Origin: Candidatus Binatia bacterium
GTDB taxonomy: Bacteria > Desulfobacterota > Binatia > HRBIN30
Reading direction: 5' to 3'
Length of the DNA stretch: 64,000 nt
Assembly (NCBI GenBank): GCA_038245295.1
Contig: JBBRSP010000021.1
Coordinates: forward strand, 1 to 64,000
Part shown: positions 29,050 to 39,312 of the stretch, piece by piece
Position numbering within the stretch: position 1 is the first letter of the stretch
How the letters are laid out: every line of letters starts with the position of its first letter
Translations under genes and position numbers: made by a program
The notes under the pieces: generated by a model
Seen by the model: the letters and a program-made list of their open reading frames with translations, nothing else
Database searches by the model: none
Told to the model about the DNA's origin: nothing

Positions 29050-30144
29050 ATGACCAAGCTGTCGTATACGGTGCAGCGCCCCGATCAGGGCAATGCAATT
29101 CTGCGCGCATACCGCGATCTCATTGCTTCAACAGAGTTCAGTCGGGTGACAGGTCTCTATGCATTTGCATCGCACAAAGGAGCGCGCCTTCTGGTAGGTG
29201 AGTTTCAGAATTCATCGAGTTGGAAAGCGTCCGTAAAGCGGTGGGTGGTATCTATTGATGGGGGTATAACGGAACCCGAGGCGCTTCGATTCCTAGTACG
29301 CCTTCGCAAGGCGACCGTGTGGGTACCCGATGCCGAAGCCCTCCTCGTTAGAAGACTGAAACCTGTGCGTCGCTTCCATCCGAAGACCCTGTTACTCGAG
29401 CGGCACAACCGGGCCCTAGAACCATCTGCGATTCTTGTCGGCTCGGCCAATCTCACATGCAATGGCTTGTGCTTTGGGCACGAGCACGCCTTGGCAGCGA
29501 TGACGGCCGGCGGGACTTCACCTTCGCTCCCGGGGACCTTGGCGGCTGGGCTCGTTGAACTCGAGAAGGTAATCGCGGCGGCGACACAAATCGATGAGAC
29601 CTTCGTCGATCGATATGCACAGATCCGGCCCGCCAAGCCTTCGCTTCCCGAGGATTTTGAGGATGAGCGTACTGATCAGATCCTTCAGGAGAATCCTGTT
29701 ATCGGGGCGCCCATGGCTGCTGCTTTAGCAGCGGCCTCACATCTTTGGGTAGACATTCAATACGTCGTCAGTAACCGGGGAGCTCAACAAGAAGGTAATC
29801 AAATTGATTTGCAGCGGGGCACCCGAGTATTCTTCGGATTTGGAGACAAAGGCTTGCCACGCAATTCCGCCATCGGAACTGTGATGATCCGATACCACGA
29901 GCACTCCGGCCCAAGGAACTTGCGCTTCGGCAACAACTCGATGGACAAGCTCGACCTCCCGATACCCGCGATCGAAGGCCCACCTTCATATAGCAACACG
30001 ACGCTTCTCTTTTCCCGCGAACCGAACAGAGTGTTTCGGCTCGCGGTTGGGAAAGAGCAAGAGATTGCAAGGTGGAAGGAACAATCCAGGGTCGATGGAA
30101 CTCTGTTCCGCATGCAGAGCGGCCGGGAATTCGGTGTCTTCTGA
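29050..30144 (+). CDS. Phospholipase D-family nuclease with one HxK motif
   Basis: 'FHPKTLL...ILVGSANLT' and N-terminal 'YAFAS..G'. Confidence 0.8.
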   Translation: MTKLSYTVQRPDQGNAILRAYRDLIASTEFSRVTGLYAFASHKGARLLVGEFQNSSSWKASVKRWVVSIDGGITEPEALRFLVRLRKATVWVPDAEALLVRRLKPVRRFHPKTLLLERHNRALEPSAILVGSANLTCNGLCFGHEHALAAMTAGGTSPSLPGTLAAGLVELEKVIAAATQIDETFVDRYAQIRPAKPSLPEDFEDERTDQILQENPVIGAPMAAALAAASHLWVDIQYVVSNRGAQQEGNQIDLQRGTRVFFGFGDKGLPRNSAIGTVMIRYHEHSGPRNLRFGNNSMDKLDLPIPAIEGPPSYSNTTLLFSREPNRVFRLAVGKEQEIARWKEQSRVDGTLFRMQSGREFGVF

Positions 30145-30244
30145 ACGGCGCGGTGGGCGCGGCTCCAGTGGATGGCTCTGTTGGCTTGCCGCCACCGCAA
30201 GTCCGTCAATCTGGCCAAAACAGGCGACCGAGACGCGTGAGGGA

Positions 30245-32446
30245 TCACACCGAGATCGAGCCGGAAGTTTGCGCCCAGGGCAGGATTTCCTTGCGAAGGT
30301 CCGCCAGATCGACCTCACCAAACATGTTGTATTCGATCAGCGCGGTGCTGATATCGTCGCTCGAAGGCGCCTCCAGACCGAGCTGTTCCATCGCCCCCTT
30401 TAACGTCGAAGTGATGTGAGGAAGGCATTCGCCGGGACGCATTGGGTTCGCCAACCCACGTAATCGCTCACCCTGAACGAAGCGAACCCTTTGGGCAATG
30501 AGGAGAGCAGCCCGAAGGTGACCGATGAAGTTGAGCTCGGCGCAGACCTTCTGGAGATAGGCAGAGTCCCCAAGGTTGGTGGCGACAGACGTCAAGTATC
30601 CTTCACTCTCTTCGTCTTCGTCATCACCGTTGCTTGCCACTTCGAGAAGACGGCAAAGATACCCGACAACCATCTCGCGCGGAATAACCCCGCGGACGTG
30701 GTAGACGTAGAGCAGTCGCACGAGCGCTGTAAAGATGTCGATAAAGTTCTCCATCCCGTTGATGTTGCCGTTCTTGGCGTGTCGTCGAAGTCGTCGCCTT
30801 AGGTGTCGGTCTACGAATTCATCGATCGCCAACTCCAGATCGGCACTGTCAGCCGGTGCTTGCAGGAGCCAATCGGGGGCTTCGTCGGGGTGAAAAGGAT
30901 CACGGGGACGAACACGGAACTTCCGCTGGCCTTGATTTCCCCCAGCGCCATCATTGAATCGGATGTTCAGGTTCTGCAGGTATTCGACGACAGCGGCGAC
31001 GCCGTCTCGCCGGCCGAGCTCATCCAGAAACTCCGGCAATCCTTCACCTGTGTCTTCCACAGGCGACTTAACCGCTGAGCCCTCGCCGCTCGGCTCATAC
31101 GTTAGACGTGCTTCTTGAATCACCCATAGTGGAGGACTTTCCTCGCGACCGCCTCCCGTGTCGGCAATCAGCGAGGCGAGGAGTGCCCCATGCGCCTCCG
31201 TCAGCGTTGATTCCGGGGGCGTCAGGGTGGCGGTTCCGTTCTCTCGATTGGGGACGTTGAAGAGAGCACGAGGCCGTTGCTCTCCAGGCGTGCGGACCGC
31301 GACGCGCAACGCGGTCGGCGTGGGGTTGAGGGTGTGGCGATAGGCCACTCGAAGGTGACCATCTGTAGTGAGGAGCGCGGACGTCAGGCGAAGACTCGTC
31401 GAGTCCGCGTCGTCGATTGTTGGCTCTTGCTCGGTCCCCGGGGTGAAATCCTCGAAGCCGATGGGACGCTTCGCCAGGTGCTTGTCAAAGAGGGTTGGCA
31501 AAAGGTCGCCGGGCTCGGTGAGCAAGAGGCATGCTTCGACGTTCCGGCTATCAAATGCCGCGGTGGTGAAGTTGGCGCTTCCGACCAAGCACCCGGCTCC
31601 AGTGCTGGATTCCCATGCTACGAGTTTGGCGTGAAGACGACGGGAGGAGTTACGAAGCTCGGACAAAGTAACTTTGCTGCGTAGTTTCTTCATCGGTGCG
31701 ACCGGCAGAGTCGTCGTCTGCTGCTGCACGACGAGCTCGATCTCACACTTTGGCCACCGGCTATGAGCTCGTCGCAGCAAGCCCGCGTCGAGGTCGTAGA
31801 ACGGTGAAATGATCAACAACTTCCGAAGGGGAATTTCATCGAGGATGGCAGCCAAACGCTCCCACAGGCTTCCCTCGTAAGTGTGGGCCAGCATGACCTT
31901 GCGGTCCGCGCTTGGCGGCATAGACGCAGTGAGCCAGGGCGCATGTGTAGGCAACTCCTCAAGCCACTCGCGGGCGATACGACCGGCATGTTCCTCGGCG
32001 TCGTCGCAGGTCTGCTTGAAGAATCCAAATGCTTCCTGGGCGAGCCAGACCGGTTCATCATCAGGGTCATCAAGATTGATGTGAATAGCGTTCAGCAGCT
32101 CGAGATTACTCGAGCATCCTGACCGAGTCAGGTTGTTGCTTCCGCATTGGACTTGCCCTCCTTGTTGCGTGATCAGAAGGTGGAGCTTCGGGTGAAACAC
32201 GCCGTGCGGCGGGCGAACGGGAACGACCAGATATCGCCGGTTCAAAAGTTTCGCCGGGGCATCCTGGCTGAGTAGCTTGAACCACTGGGTGGCATCCATG
32301 AAGACCAAGACACGGCGAGCCTTGACCAGTGATGGACAGCGGAGAATGCGGCGCTCGAAGAAGTCGGGGTCGAATTGAAACGTGGAGAGAATAGCGAGGC
32401 TGGCCGGCTCTCCTTCGAAGAGTGTTGTGAAGTCAAGAAACTTCAT
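30245..32446 (-). CDS. PLD-superfamily protein with two HxK motifs
   Basis: 'VFHPKLHL...GSNNLT' and 'LHAKLVAW...VGSANFT'; the ATG at 32446 overlaps the upstream stop (ATGA). Confidence 0.85.
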   Translation of the reverse strand: MKFLDFTTLFEGEPASLAILSTFQFDPDFFERRILRCPSLVKARRVLVFMDATQWFKLLSQDAPAKLLNRRYLVVPVRPPHGVFHPKLHLLITQQGGQVQCGSNNLTRSGCSSNLELLNAIHINLDDPDDEPVWLAQEAFGFFKQTCDDAEEHAGRIAREWLEELPTHAPWLTASMPPSADRKVMLAHTYEGSLWERLAAILDEIPLRKLLIISPFYDLDAGLLRRAHSRWPKCEIELVVQQQTTTLPVAPMKKLRSKVTLSELRNSSRRLHAKLVAWESSTGAGCLVGSANFTTAAFDSRNVEACLLLTEPGDLLPTLFDKHLAKRPIGFEDFTPGTEQEPTIDDADSTSLRLTSALLTTDGHLRVAYRHTLNPTPTALRVAVRTPGEQRPRALFNVPNRENGTATLTPPESTLTEAHGALLASLIADTGGGREESPPLWVIQEARLTYEPSGEGSAVKSPVEDTGEGLPEFLDELGRRDGVAAVVEYLQNLNIRFNDGAGGNQGQRKFRVRPRDPFHPDEAPDWLLQAPADSADLELAIDEFVDRHLRRRLRRHAKNGNINGMENFIDIFTALVRLLYVYHVRGVIPREMVVGYLCRLLEVASNGDDEDEESEGYLTSVATNLGDSAYLQKVCAELNFIGHLRAALLIAQRVRFVQGERLRGLANPMRPGECLPHITSTLKGAMEQLGLEAPSSDDISTALIEYNMFGEVDLADLRKEILPWAQTSGSISV

Positions 32447-34197
32447 CCCCCAGTTTCTCTCGCCAGTTCTCGCTCCAGAAAACGTTGCCCCTCTTTTGTT
32501 AGTTGCCTGCTGCCGTCTTCGCAACTTTCCAGCAAGCCCAAGTCAACGAGAACCTGGATCGCACTGTTAAGGCGTAGGTTACCCATGCCAATCTTGCCGT
32601 ATTCGCCGGTCGAGAAGACTTTCGACCCATCCGTCTGAAGAATACAACGGTCGCCGGCGAAACTCTTTTCGTAGGACATCGACTGATGCTGCTGGACGAC
32701 GTACCGCGACAGGACAAACGCGGCTAGGTCTTGCCAATTGCATTTCCACCAATTGCCGAATCGCCGTGAAAGGCCCATCGTCAAGACAGGCGGAATGAGA
32801 TCGAGATACGAGTCCGTCGCGCTGCCAGCGAGCCATTGGCCATATTTCGTTGTCTCCCATCGCGAGTATCGCGCCAGGGTGCCTGCCAGAAGGATCAATG
32901 GTAGAGCCAATCCGAGCGGTGAATATCGGTGCGTTTTGCTGCGAATTGCGCCTTCGAGATTCCGCTCAGAAAAAGGGCTCGAAGGTCGCACCTTGTCATC
33001 AAACAACTTACCCAGTCCGTCACCGAGATCATTCCTCACGATACCGACGCACTCGAATAGGACTGATGGACTTGTGCCCCCAAAAGGCCTTTTGACCTCT
33101 GACTGCAGGATCTCAGACAACCCCGTGGAGACCAGCGATTCGTCAAGGCAGCGAATCAGCAAGTCGACTGTAGTTCCGGCAAGTCCGTAGGTGCCAAGCT
33201 GGTTGACCAGCCAAGACAGCAGACCCTCCAATGCCACGGCCATGTAATGATGAAAGTAGAACATGCGCCATCGTGTGGCGATATCGACCAGTTCCAGGGG
33301 CAGGGCCACCGTCAGGTTCTTCTCTTCACCGACCAGTGCGCCGTAGTACACGGCGTTAGCAAAGTTCGATTCATCGAGGGGCCAGTCATCCGCGCTGAAC
33401 TGGCCACAGAGCTCCAGGATCAAGAGGAGCGATCTCCGGCGAATCGCGTGAGATTCGCGATCTGGGCCAGCAAGCCCGAAGAAAACGCCCCGGAGGAGTT
33501 CGCGGTCGACCGACTCGCGCGCCGTCAACTCGCACAGGCCACCCCGCTTGCCCAGCTCGCCAAGGCTCGCCAGCGTGCACGTGCGATCTGTCGATGTAAG
33601 CTGCCTTGTTGCAGCCAACTTGCCGACCATCGAGTCGTATCGCGTTGCCAAGGCGAGACCGACGCTCGAGAGTTCGAGATCGTCAAAGCTCAACTCCAGG
33701 CCCTCAGCGTTCTCGTCGGTATCGGGTCGTTCCTCATCCGTGACAAAAGCGCCCAGATTCACAAGGGAGTTGTAGTAGGCGGAAAGGGCTGGATTCTTCG
33801 CAAATGGTTTGAGCTTCCTGAAATTGGCTCCCGCACTGTGCTTGGCAAGCCAGTGCCCTGCCTGTCTTGATCCAACTAGGCCTCCCCCGTCGCAGGGCCG
33901 GCCCTTGTGGTGAACGACGCATCCGAGGGTCAGCGCCTGCTCGCGTAGGATGACCGCATCTCGGAGCCCCAAGGCATGAGGTTGGCCTTTCTCTCGCTGT
34001 TGAAAGTTGTGGATACTCCAGGGAATGAAGGAGAAATATCGCGCTCTCGGCGTAATGGACGTGATGCAGTACAACAACTGACTGGCCAGTCGTGCTGAGC
34101 CTCGCAAACTGAGACCTAGCGGGTCCTGAACATCGGACGTGGGAACATGTTCGCTCCATCGAAGGAGGATTGGAGAAGTCTTAGCCGGCTTGGCCAT
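32443..34197 (-). CDS. Hypothetical PLD partner protein, possibly DUF6361-like
   Basis: N-terminal 'DPLGL...ITSITPRARYFSF'; translationally coupled to the PLD gene. The family name is from memory. Confidence 0.65.
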   Translation of the reverse strand: MAKPAKTSPILLRWSEHVPTSDVQDPLGLSLRGSARLASQLLYCITSITPRARYFSFIPWSIHNFQQREKGQPHALGLRDAVILREQALTLGCVVHHKGRPCDGGGLVGSRQAGHWLAKHSAGANFRKLKPFAKNPALSAYYNSLVNLGAFVTDEERPDTDENAEGLELSFDDLELSSVGLALATRYDSMVGKLAATRQLTSTDRTCTLASLGELGKRGGLCELTARESVDRELLRGVFFGLAGPDRESHAIRRRSLLLILELCGQFSADDWPLDESNFANAVYYGALVGEEKNLTVALPLELVDIATRWRMFYFHHYMAVALEGLLSWLVNQLGTYGLAGTTVDLLIRCLDESLVSTGLSEILQSEVKRPFGGTSPSVLFECVGIVRNDLGDGLGKLFDDKVRPSSPFSERNLEGAIRSKTHRYSPLGLALPLILLAGTLARYSRWETTKYGQWLAGSATDSYLDLIPPVLTMGLSRRFGNWWKCNWQDLAAFVLSRYVVQQHQSMSYEKSFAGDRCILQTDGSKVFSTGEYGKIGMGNLRLNSAIQVLVDLGLLESCEDGSRQLTKEGQRFLERELARETGG

Positions 34198-34430
34198 GAA
34201 CCTTTTGCCCCCTTCGCCCACTGAGGTCTGTATCCGAGACGGTTCGGCAAATCCATTCGGCCAATGCCAATTCCCGCCTTAACGTCGGCGATTCGGATCT
34301 CATCCGCACCCTGCACCCGGACTCTGCGTGATTGGGCTGACGGATGTGGCGAGCGATGCCATGTCCCCCGTCAAGGCGTTTCGGTGGTCTTGGCTTACTC
34401 CGCCGGCCATGCTCAGTCACCGAGACACCG

Positions 34431-35211
34431 ATGAAGAAGATCACATTGTTTAACTGGGGGTATTGGGGTTGGGGCAATTGCGCCGGAGAGTTTGTCAAAG
34501 CGGCGGATGCGAGTGAGCGCCGGCTCGGGTTCAAGCCGCCGTTCTTTGTCGACATTCGGTTCTCGCGGAGTGTGCGCGCCCACGACTTCAACGGGAACAC
34601 ATTCGCTGATTTGGTCGGCGCCTCACGGTATCAGCACATGCGTGATCTGGGTAACGCGGCGATCGGCCAGAGATCGGGCCCGGCCATTCGCATCAAGAAT
34701 CCCGCGGCCGCCGCCGGCCTCCTAGATCTCGCCCTCGACAAAGCCAAAGAAGGACGGCGGGTGCTGTTCTTCTGTGCCTGCGAATGCCCGGCGCACTGCC
34801 ATCGCTCCAAGGTTGCGGCGCTGGTGCTTGCCGAGGCTGCGCGGTCGCGTGCGAATCGAGATCATCGAATGGCCCGGAAGCGACCTGAGCGTCGTCGACC
34901 TCACCGTCGATCCCGGAACCCTCAGACGGATCGTGGGACCGAAGCCTGCCGACTTCGGGCTGTACCCCCTGATTCGTGGCGAAACCAGCGATGCAGTTCG
35001 AAGGTACGCCGATCTCGGCTGGGGTTCGGTTGCGCGCCTGCGGTCCGGGACCGACGAGCGCCTGGCAATTGTTGGCGCTGCCAAGTACGGGGCGCTCGGT
35101 TGGCGCCTGCCGGTTCTTGAGGGGTTGGCACCGAGTAGCAACGTGACCAAGGCAAAGGCAAAAGGCACGAGCCTCAGGGCGAAGCGTGGCTACTCGGTGC
35201 GCCGGTCGTGA
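34431..35211 (+). pseudogene. DUF488-like gene with an apparent frameshift near 34845
   Basis: 'VDIR', 'Y.HM.DLGN', 'FFCACE..AHCHR'; protein-like sequence continues in another frame ('VRIEIIEWPG...'). Confidence 0.6.
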
Positions 35212-35216
35212 AGAGT

Positions 35217-37022
35217 TCATCCCCGATGCCGTCGCAGAAATTGGGCGACGGTATGCTTGGTCCACGCTCGGCTCTTCGAGGTGGGGATGCACATCTCGTT
35301 GACTCGTGTTGAGATCTCCGCTGCTCCCAGCCCCTCGGACGCGAGCTTGAGAATTACGCCGTGCGCGTGTCGGTTCAGCATGGCCTCGACGGGGGTGTCG
35401 GGTGCGCCATCGGCCCAGACGATCCGCAAGCAGACCTTCTCGAGGGTGCGGTCCTCGACGATGACCTGCGCGATGAGCGTGCGCAGGATCTCTTTGCGAT
35501 CGCGATTGGCGGTGGTCGACGCGGTCCAAAGGGCCCGGAGATCTTGGCTCAACCGCAACAGTTCAGCGAAGGACTCCTCGTTGAATTGTGTGATGGGTGA
35601 TTCGCGTTCCGTCGTGCCGTCCTCTGCCGCGCGCAGTTCGCGCAGTGCGGCGTCGAGTTGGGTTTCGATGTCGCTGGCGACGAATCGATTGGCCGCGTCG
35701 ACGGCTTCGAATCGGTACCTGAGATCGGCGACGCGCTGCCGTACGCGGTTGACCTCCAGTTCGCGACGACGTTCCTCCGAGCGCTGCCCAGCGCGCATCT
35801 GACGCCAAGCCTGGCGGACTGCTTCGAGTCGTGGGGGCGACAGACGACGCAGTGCCGCTTCGACAACGGCGGCGTCGACCGGCCCTCCCGGGATGCGGCC
35901 GCACTGGGGGCCGCCGTGATCGTACGTGCCTTGGCAGTAGTAACCGTGCGACCTGCCGCCGTCCTGGCGCTCACCTTTGTACACGGTGCACATCCCCCGA
36001 AAACTATGCTGCCGGCAGCGCGGAAGCCCCTGCAGTAGGCCGCTTCCCGGTCCGAGGTTGCGATGCTGCTCAGACGGCCCGTTACGCTTGAGCGTGGCGA
36101 TGATCTCGTCGTGCTGCTCGGCGCTAATGTACGCATCGTGGTGCTTCGCCACGACGATCATCTCGTCGGGTCGCGATCGCCGTGACCGCCAACGCCCACG
36201 TCGATCGCGCCCGCGTGACGGATCGGCAACGGTTCGGCCGAAAACATACGAACCCATATAGGCTGGATTCTTAAGCAAGTAAGCGAGTGTCGAATTCTGC
36301 GGTGCGACCCAGTCGATACGGCCGGTAATCCTGCGCCGCGGCAGCTTGATGCCCAGTCGATTGAGTGCGCGCACGGTGCGAACCAGCGTGCGCTCTTTCA
36401 GGAAGATTCGGATGATCGCATCTATTGCCGCACGGACTGTGGGGTCCGGATCCAGCTGCCAGTCCCCCTCGTTGTCACGCACATAACCTGTCGGCGGCGA
36501 CGACACGGCCTTGCCAGCTTTCGCTTTCGCAATTCGGCCTCGCACCAGCATGTCGCGGCGCGTCTGGTTGTCAAGCTCCGCGCACAGGCCTTGGAGCCGG
36601 GTCTGGAACAGCGGTCCGCTCTCGTTCAGGTTGTAAACCGCGCCGTTGACGATGAGGCGCACGTTGTGCACTCGGCAAAGTTCAAGAAAAATGAACCATT
36701 CGATGGCTTCCCGACCGGCGCGGCTGACGTCGGAGACAAGGATCGCCCCAACCCTGTCGGCTCGAACGTCCTCCACCATTTCCTGATAGCCCGAGCGATG
36801 GACGGCTGACGCGCCGCTTCGCCCCTGGTCGCCGTCGATTACCTTAATCTGACTTTCTGCCCAACCGTACCGCAGTGCGTGCTCCTGCTGCCCCCGCTGG
36901 TGTGCCGTGCTGCCCTGGTTGTCGAGCACCTGTCGTTGCGTGCTCTGACGCATGTAGTTGATCGCTATCTTTGCCAGATGCTCCGCCTTGATCTCCATTG
37001 GTCGCTCGATCTTCATGATCAT
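35217..37022 (-). CDS. Large serine recombinase
   Basis: 'YMRQST' catalytic Ser, 'DQGRSG', 'VSRAGR', 'PPTGY', 'LKNPAYMG', Zn-ribbon cysteines and a coiled coil. Confidence 0.92.
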   Translation of the reverse strand: MIMKIERPMEIKAEHLAKIAINYMRQSTQRQVLDNQGSTAHQRGQQEHALRYGWAESQIKVIDGDQGRSGASAVHRSGYQEMVEDVRADRVGAILVSDVSRAGREAIEWFIFLELCRVHNVRLIVNGAVYNLNESGPLFQTRLQGLCAELDNQTRRDMLVRGRIAKAKAGKAVSSPPTGYVRDNEGDWQLDPDPTVRAAIDAIIRIFLKERTLVRTVRALNRLGIKLPRRRITGRIDWVAPQNSTLAYLLKNPAYMGSYVFGRTVADPSRGRDRRGRWRSRRSRPDEMIVVAKHHDAYISAEQHDEIIATLKRNGPSEQHRNLGPGSGLLQGLPRCRQHSFRGMCTVYKGERQDGGRSHGYYCQGTYDHGGPQCGRIPGGPVDAAVVEAALRRLSPPRLEAVRQAWRQMRAGQRSEERRRELEVNRVRQRVADLRYRFEAVDAANRFVASDIETQLDAALRELRAAEDGTTERESPITQFNEESFAELLRLSQDLRALWTASTTANRDRKEILRTLIAQVIVEDRTLEKVCLRIVWADGAPDTPVEAMLNRHAHGVILKLASEGLGAAEISTRVNEMCIPTSKSRAWTKHTVAQFLRRHRG

Positions 37023-37221
37023 CTCCTCGTTCGTCTGTGCTCTCCGCCACCCGTTGGCGTCCGTGGAGTACCGCCCGTACCGCCAGGGTGAGCAGCAATG
37101 GCTCGACTACTGGTGGTGCGGCGTCCTTGAGATGTGATGCCGGCGTCGTGGTCATCATGGGCATCTTGTACAACGTATCGTAGTACGATGGTCAGGATGC
37201 GCCCAATGATCCTGAACGAAA

Positions 37222-37419
37222 TCAGCCAGGTGGTTCGACCGGCTTCTCTGCCGCCTCCTTTTCGAGCCGCTTGAGGAGCGGCAGGACCTGAAGCAGCACC
37301 TGCAAGCGCTTCCCGATGTCGTCTTGTTCTGCGGTCTGGTGATCGGCGGATTCGGGAGCCGGGACATCAGGGACGTGAGGGGCGTCTGCGAGTTCCGATT
37401 TTTCCTTGGGGTCGGTCAT
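37222..37419 (-). CDS. Small hypothetical protein
   Basis: RBS-like GGGGAG upstream and ATGA coupling to the HTH gene. Confidence 0.5.
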   Translation of the reverse strand: MTDPKEKSELADAPHVPDVPAPESADHQTAEQDDIGKRLQVLLQVLPLLKRLEKEAAEKPVEPPG

Positions 37420-37682
37420 GGTATGCTCCCCTTGGCTGAGCGAGGGAGGCGAACGGGATGGCGGTGCGACGGGGTGTCTTCAGGTTCTTTACGCCACCCG
37501 CCGGCCAGCGCTTGGCCGCCGCTCGTGATCCATGCCAGCAGGGCATCTTCGTCGACGCGCAGTTGCCGGCCCAGTCGAACGATCACGCCGGGGGGCAGAA
37601 TGCCGCTGCGCACCAGCTCGTAGAACCGCTGGATCGTCACATCCAGAATGGTCGCCCCGACTTCCGCTTTGGTCAGTCTCAT
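37416..37682 (-). CDS. Excisionase-like HTH protein
   Basis: 'LTKAEVGATILDVTIQRFYELVRSGILP...RLGRQLRVDEDALLAWI'; AGGAG upstream. Confidence 0.85.
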   Translation of the reverse strand: MRLTKAEVGATILDVTIQRFYELVRSGILPPGVIVRLGRQLRVDEDALLAWITSGGQALAGGWRKEPEDTPSHRHPVRLPRSAKGSIP

Positions 37683-37771
37683 GGTGCATTTCTCCTGGGC
37701 GGGAGGATGAAGAGACGGACACTCTCGGTCGATTGTCTGACGAATCGTCTGACAGCAGGGGAGGGTGGTCG

Positions 37772-38947
37772 ATGAAGCCAATTCAACTTTGGCTGCCGAC
37801 GGTGGGGCAAAGCCTCGGCGGAAAGGGCGTCGCCGCGGACGCTCAGCGCGCCTTCAACGCCTGGCGAGGTGAGTGCAGGGTGTTCATCATTCCGGGGCTA
37901 CCTGAGCCGAGATGGTGGTCTGACTTTCCCGGCAATCCATTCTCATCGGTCGTCGCCATCGGCGGAGAACGGACCGAGGTGTTCGTGGTATTGCACGTCG
38001 GCGAGAACGGCTACCTGTCCGGCTTTTCGCCAATCGGACAGATCGAACAGCCTGACACGGAGCAGCTGGTACGCACCTGGCTGAACCTGCTCGCCTCTGG
38101 CGAATTTGTGATCGAGGCGCCGAAGAAAATCATGGGCTGGATAGACATGCCCGTCTTCACCAAGGGCAAGGATGGAGTAGCGGGCTACACCCGAGTCGAC
38201 CTCGAGAGGGCGCCAGGCGCCGTCTACTCGATAGTAAGAGGGGAAGAAGGCGCTGGTCTCAGTTGGGAAATCCCAGGCCACCCATCGCCCGTCTTCCCGG
38301 ATGCAGAGTCGATCGACCATTTCTGGAAAGCCCTGGAGCGCGTCAAGAACCCGGCGTCCAAGGTCAAGCAGATCATGAAGGCTAAGGGCATCGAAAGCGT
38401 TTCACTTCGGATCGCGGGCCCACTGGCGAACCTCTTCCCGATCGGCCCGACGGTCGACACGATCGCCAACTGGACACACATGCGCGCGCTCGTGAAGCTC
38501 AGCGCCACCGATCCAGAGGAAGCGCTTCTGCAGGCGAAGACACTCGCGGCACCCTACCTCTCGATGGCAGAGAGTGCGCGCGAGTGGACATGGTTCTTCC
38601 CGCTCCTACGCCAGATCGGGCCCAGCGAAGCCATTCTGCGTGGTGCGGAGTTCGGCCTCAACGACAGCAAAACGCTAGCCCAAGTCTTGAAGTCGAAGAA
38701 ATGGCGCGCCAAACTTGCCGAGCGCGTTCCGGTGATTCGCGCCTTGGGACCGGTCGGCCTCTTCTGGGCGCTGCTCTTGCAGCAGCTGGAGGAGAAGCAG
38801 CCACTATCCATCTGTAAGCGCTGCGGCTGGTTTCTAAAGCAGGGCCGGAAGAAGAAGGACTATTGCGGCCGCGGCGACAACCTCGACTGCTACAAGACGC
38901 GCACGACTCAGTACCAGCGCAAGTCGCGACAGCGGAAGACGGAGTGA
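37772..38947 (+). CDS. Hypothetical protein with C-terminal CGNR-like zinc finger
   Basis: 'ICKRCG...DYCG....DC' followed by a basic helix; GGAGGG upstream of the ATG; divergent from the excisionase. Confidence 0.7.
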   Translation: MKPIQLWLPTVGQSLGGKGVAADAQRAFNAWRGECRVFIIPGLPEPRWWSDFPGNPFSSVVAIGGERTEVFVVLHVGENGYLSGFSPIGQIEQPDTEQLVRTWLNLLASGEFVIEAPKKIMGWIDMPVFTKGKDGVAGYTRVDLERAPGAVYSIVRGEEGAGLSWEIPGHPSPVFPDAESIDHFWKALERVKNPASKVKQIMKAKGIESVSLRIAGPLANLFPIGPTVDTIANWTHMRALVKLSATDPEEALLQAKTLAAPYLSMAESAREWTWFFPLLRQIGPSEAILRGAEFGLNDSKTLAQVLKSKKWRAKLAERVPVIRALGPVGLFWALLLQQLEEKQPLSICKRCGWFLKQGRKKKDYCGRGDNLDCYKTRTTQYQRKSRQRKTE

Positions 38948-39312
38948 TCCGTACCGTTGAAACCTCTGGTCCCGCAATGACGAGGGACCTGTCTGACGTC
39001 AGTTGCTTTTCTCTAGAGTTTCAGCTGTCGCCGTCCACCATCAACGCCAGCGATCGTTTCAGGGACAACCAGCCGTAGCGGACATCTGCAAACAGTCGTC
39101 AGCTCGGACCGCGCGGAGGGCAAACCATCGCCCAGTGTTTTCTAAGCCCGGTGTAAGACGTATTGCCGCCGTCTCCGGTACGGGAATCGGAACCGAGGTT
39201 TAGTTCTAGATCCGAGAACAATCGTTGCCCGGCTTCTTGCTGGCGTCGCCTCGAACAATCGGTGCGCTTCTTGCTTGTGCTTTCGTGTTTAATGGTCCAT
39301 TGAGACGGCGAG

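Larger units (their letters stand above)
10551..39000. mobile_element. tRNA-anchored genomic (defence) island; right boundary uncertain
   Basis: Integrase directly after the tRNA, dense defence-type cargo, second recombinase module at the far end. No tRNA 3' duplication was seen by eye. Confidence 0.75.

Noticed and set aside
16429..30144. Canonical DISARM or BREX assignment
   Set aside because: There is no separate DrmA/DrmB pair and no PglZ or BrxC-type gene
39000..39300. attR of the tRNA island
   Set aside because: No match to the tRNA 3' end was found by eye, so the boundary is left unassigned
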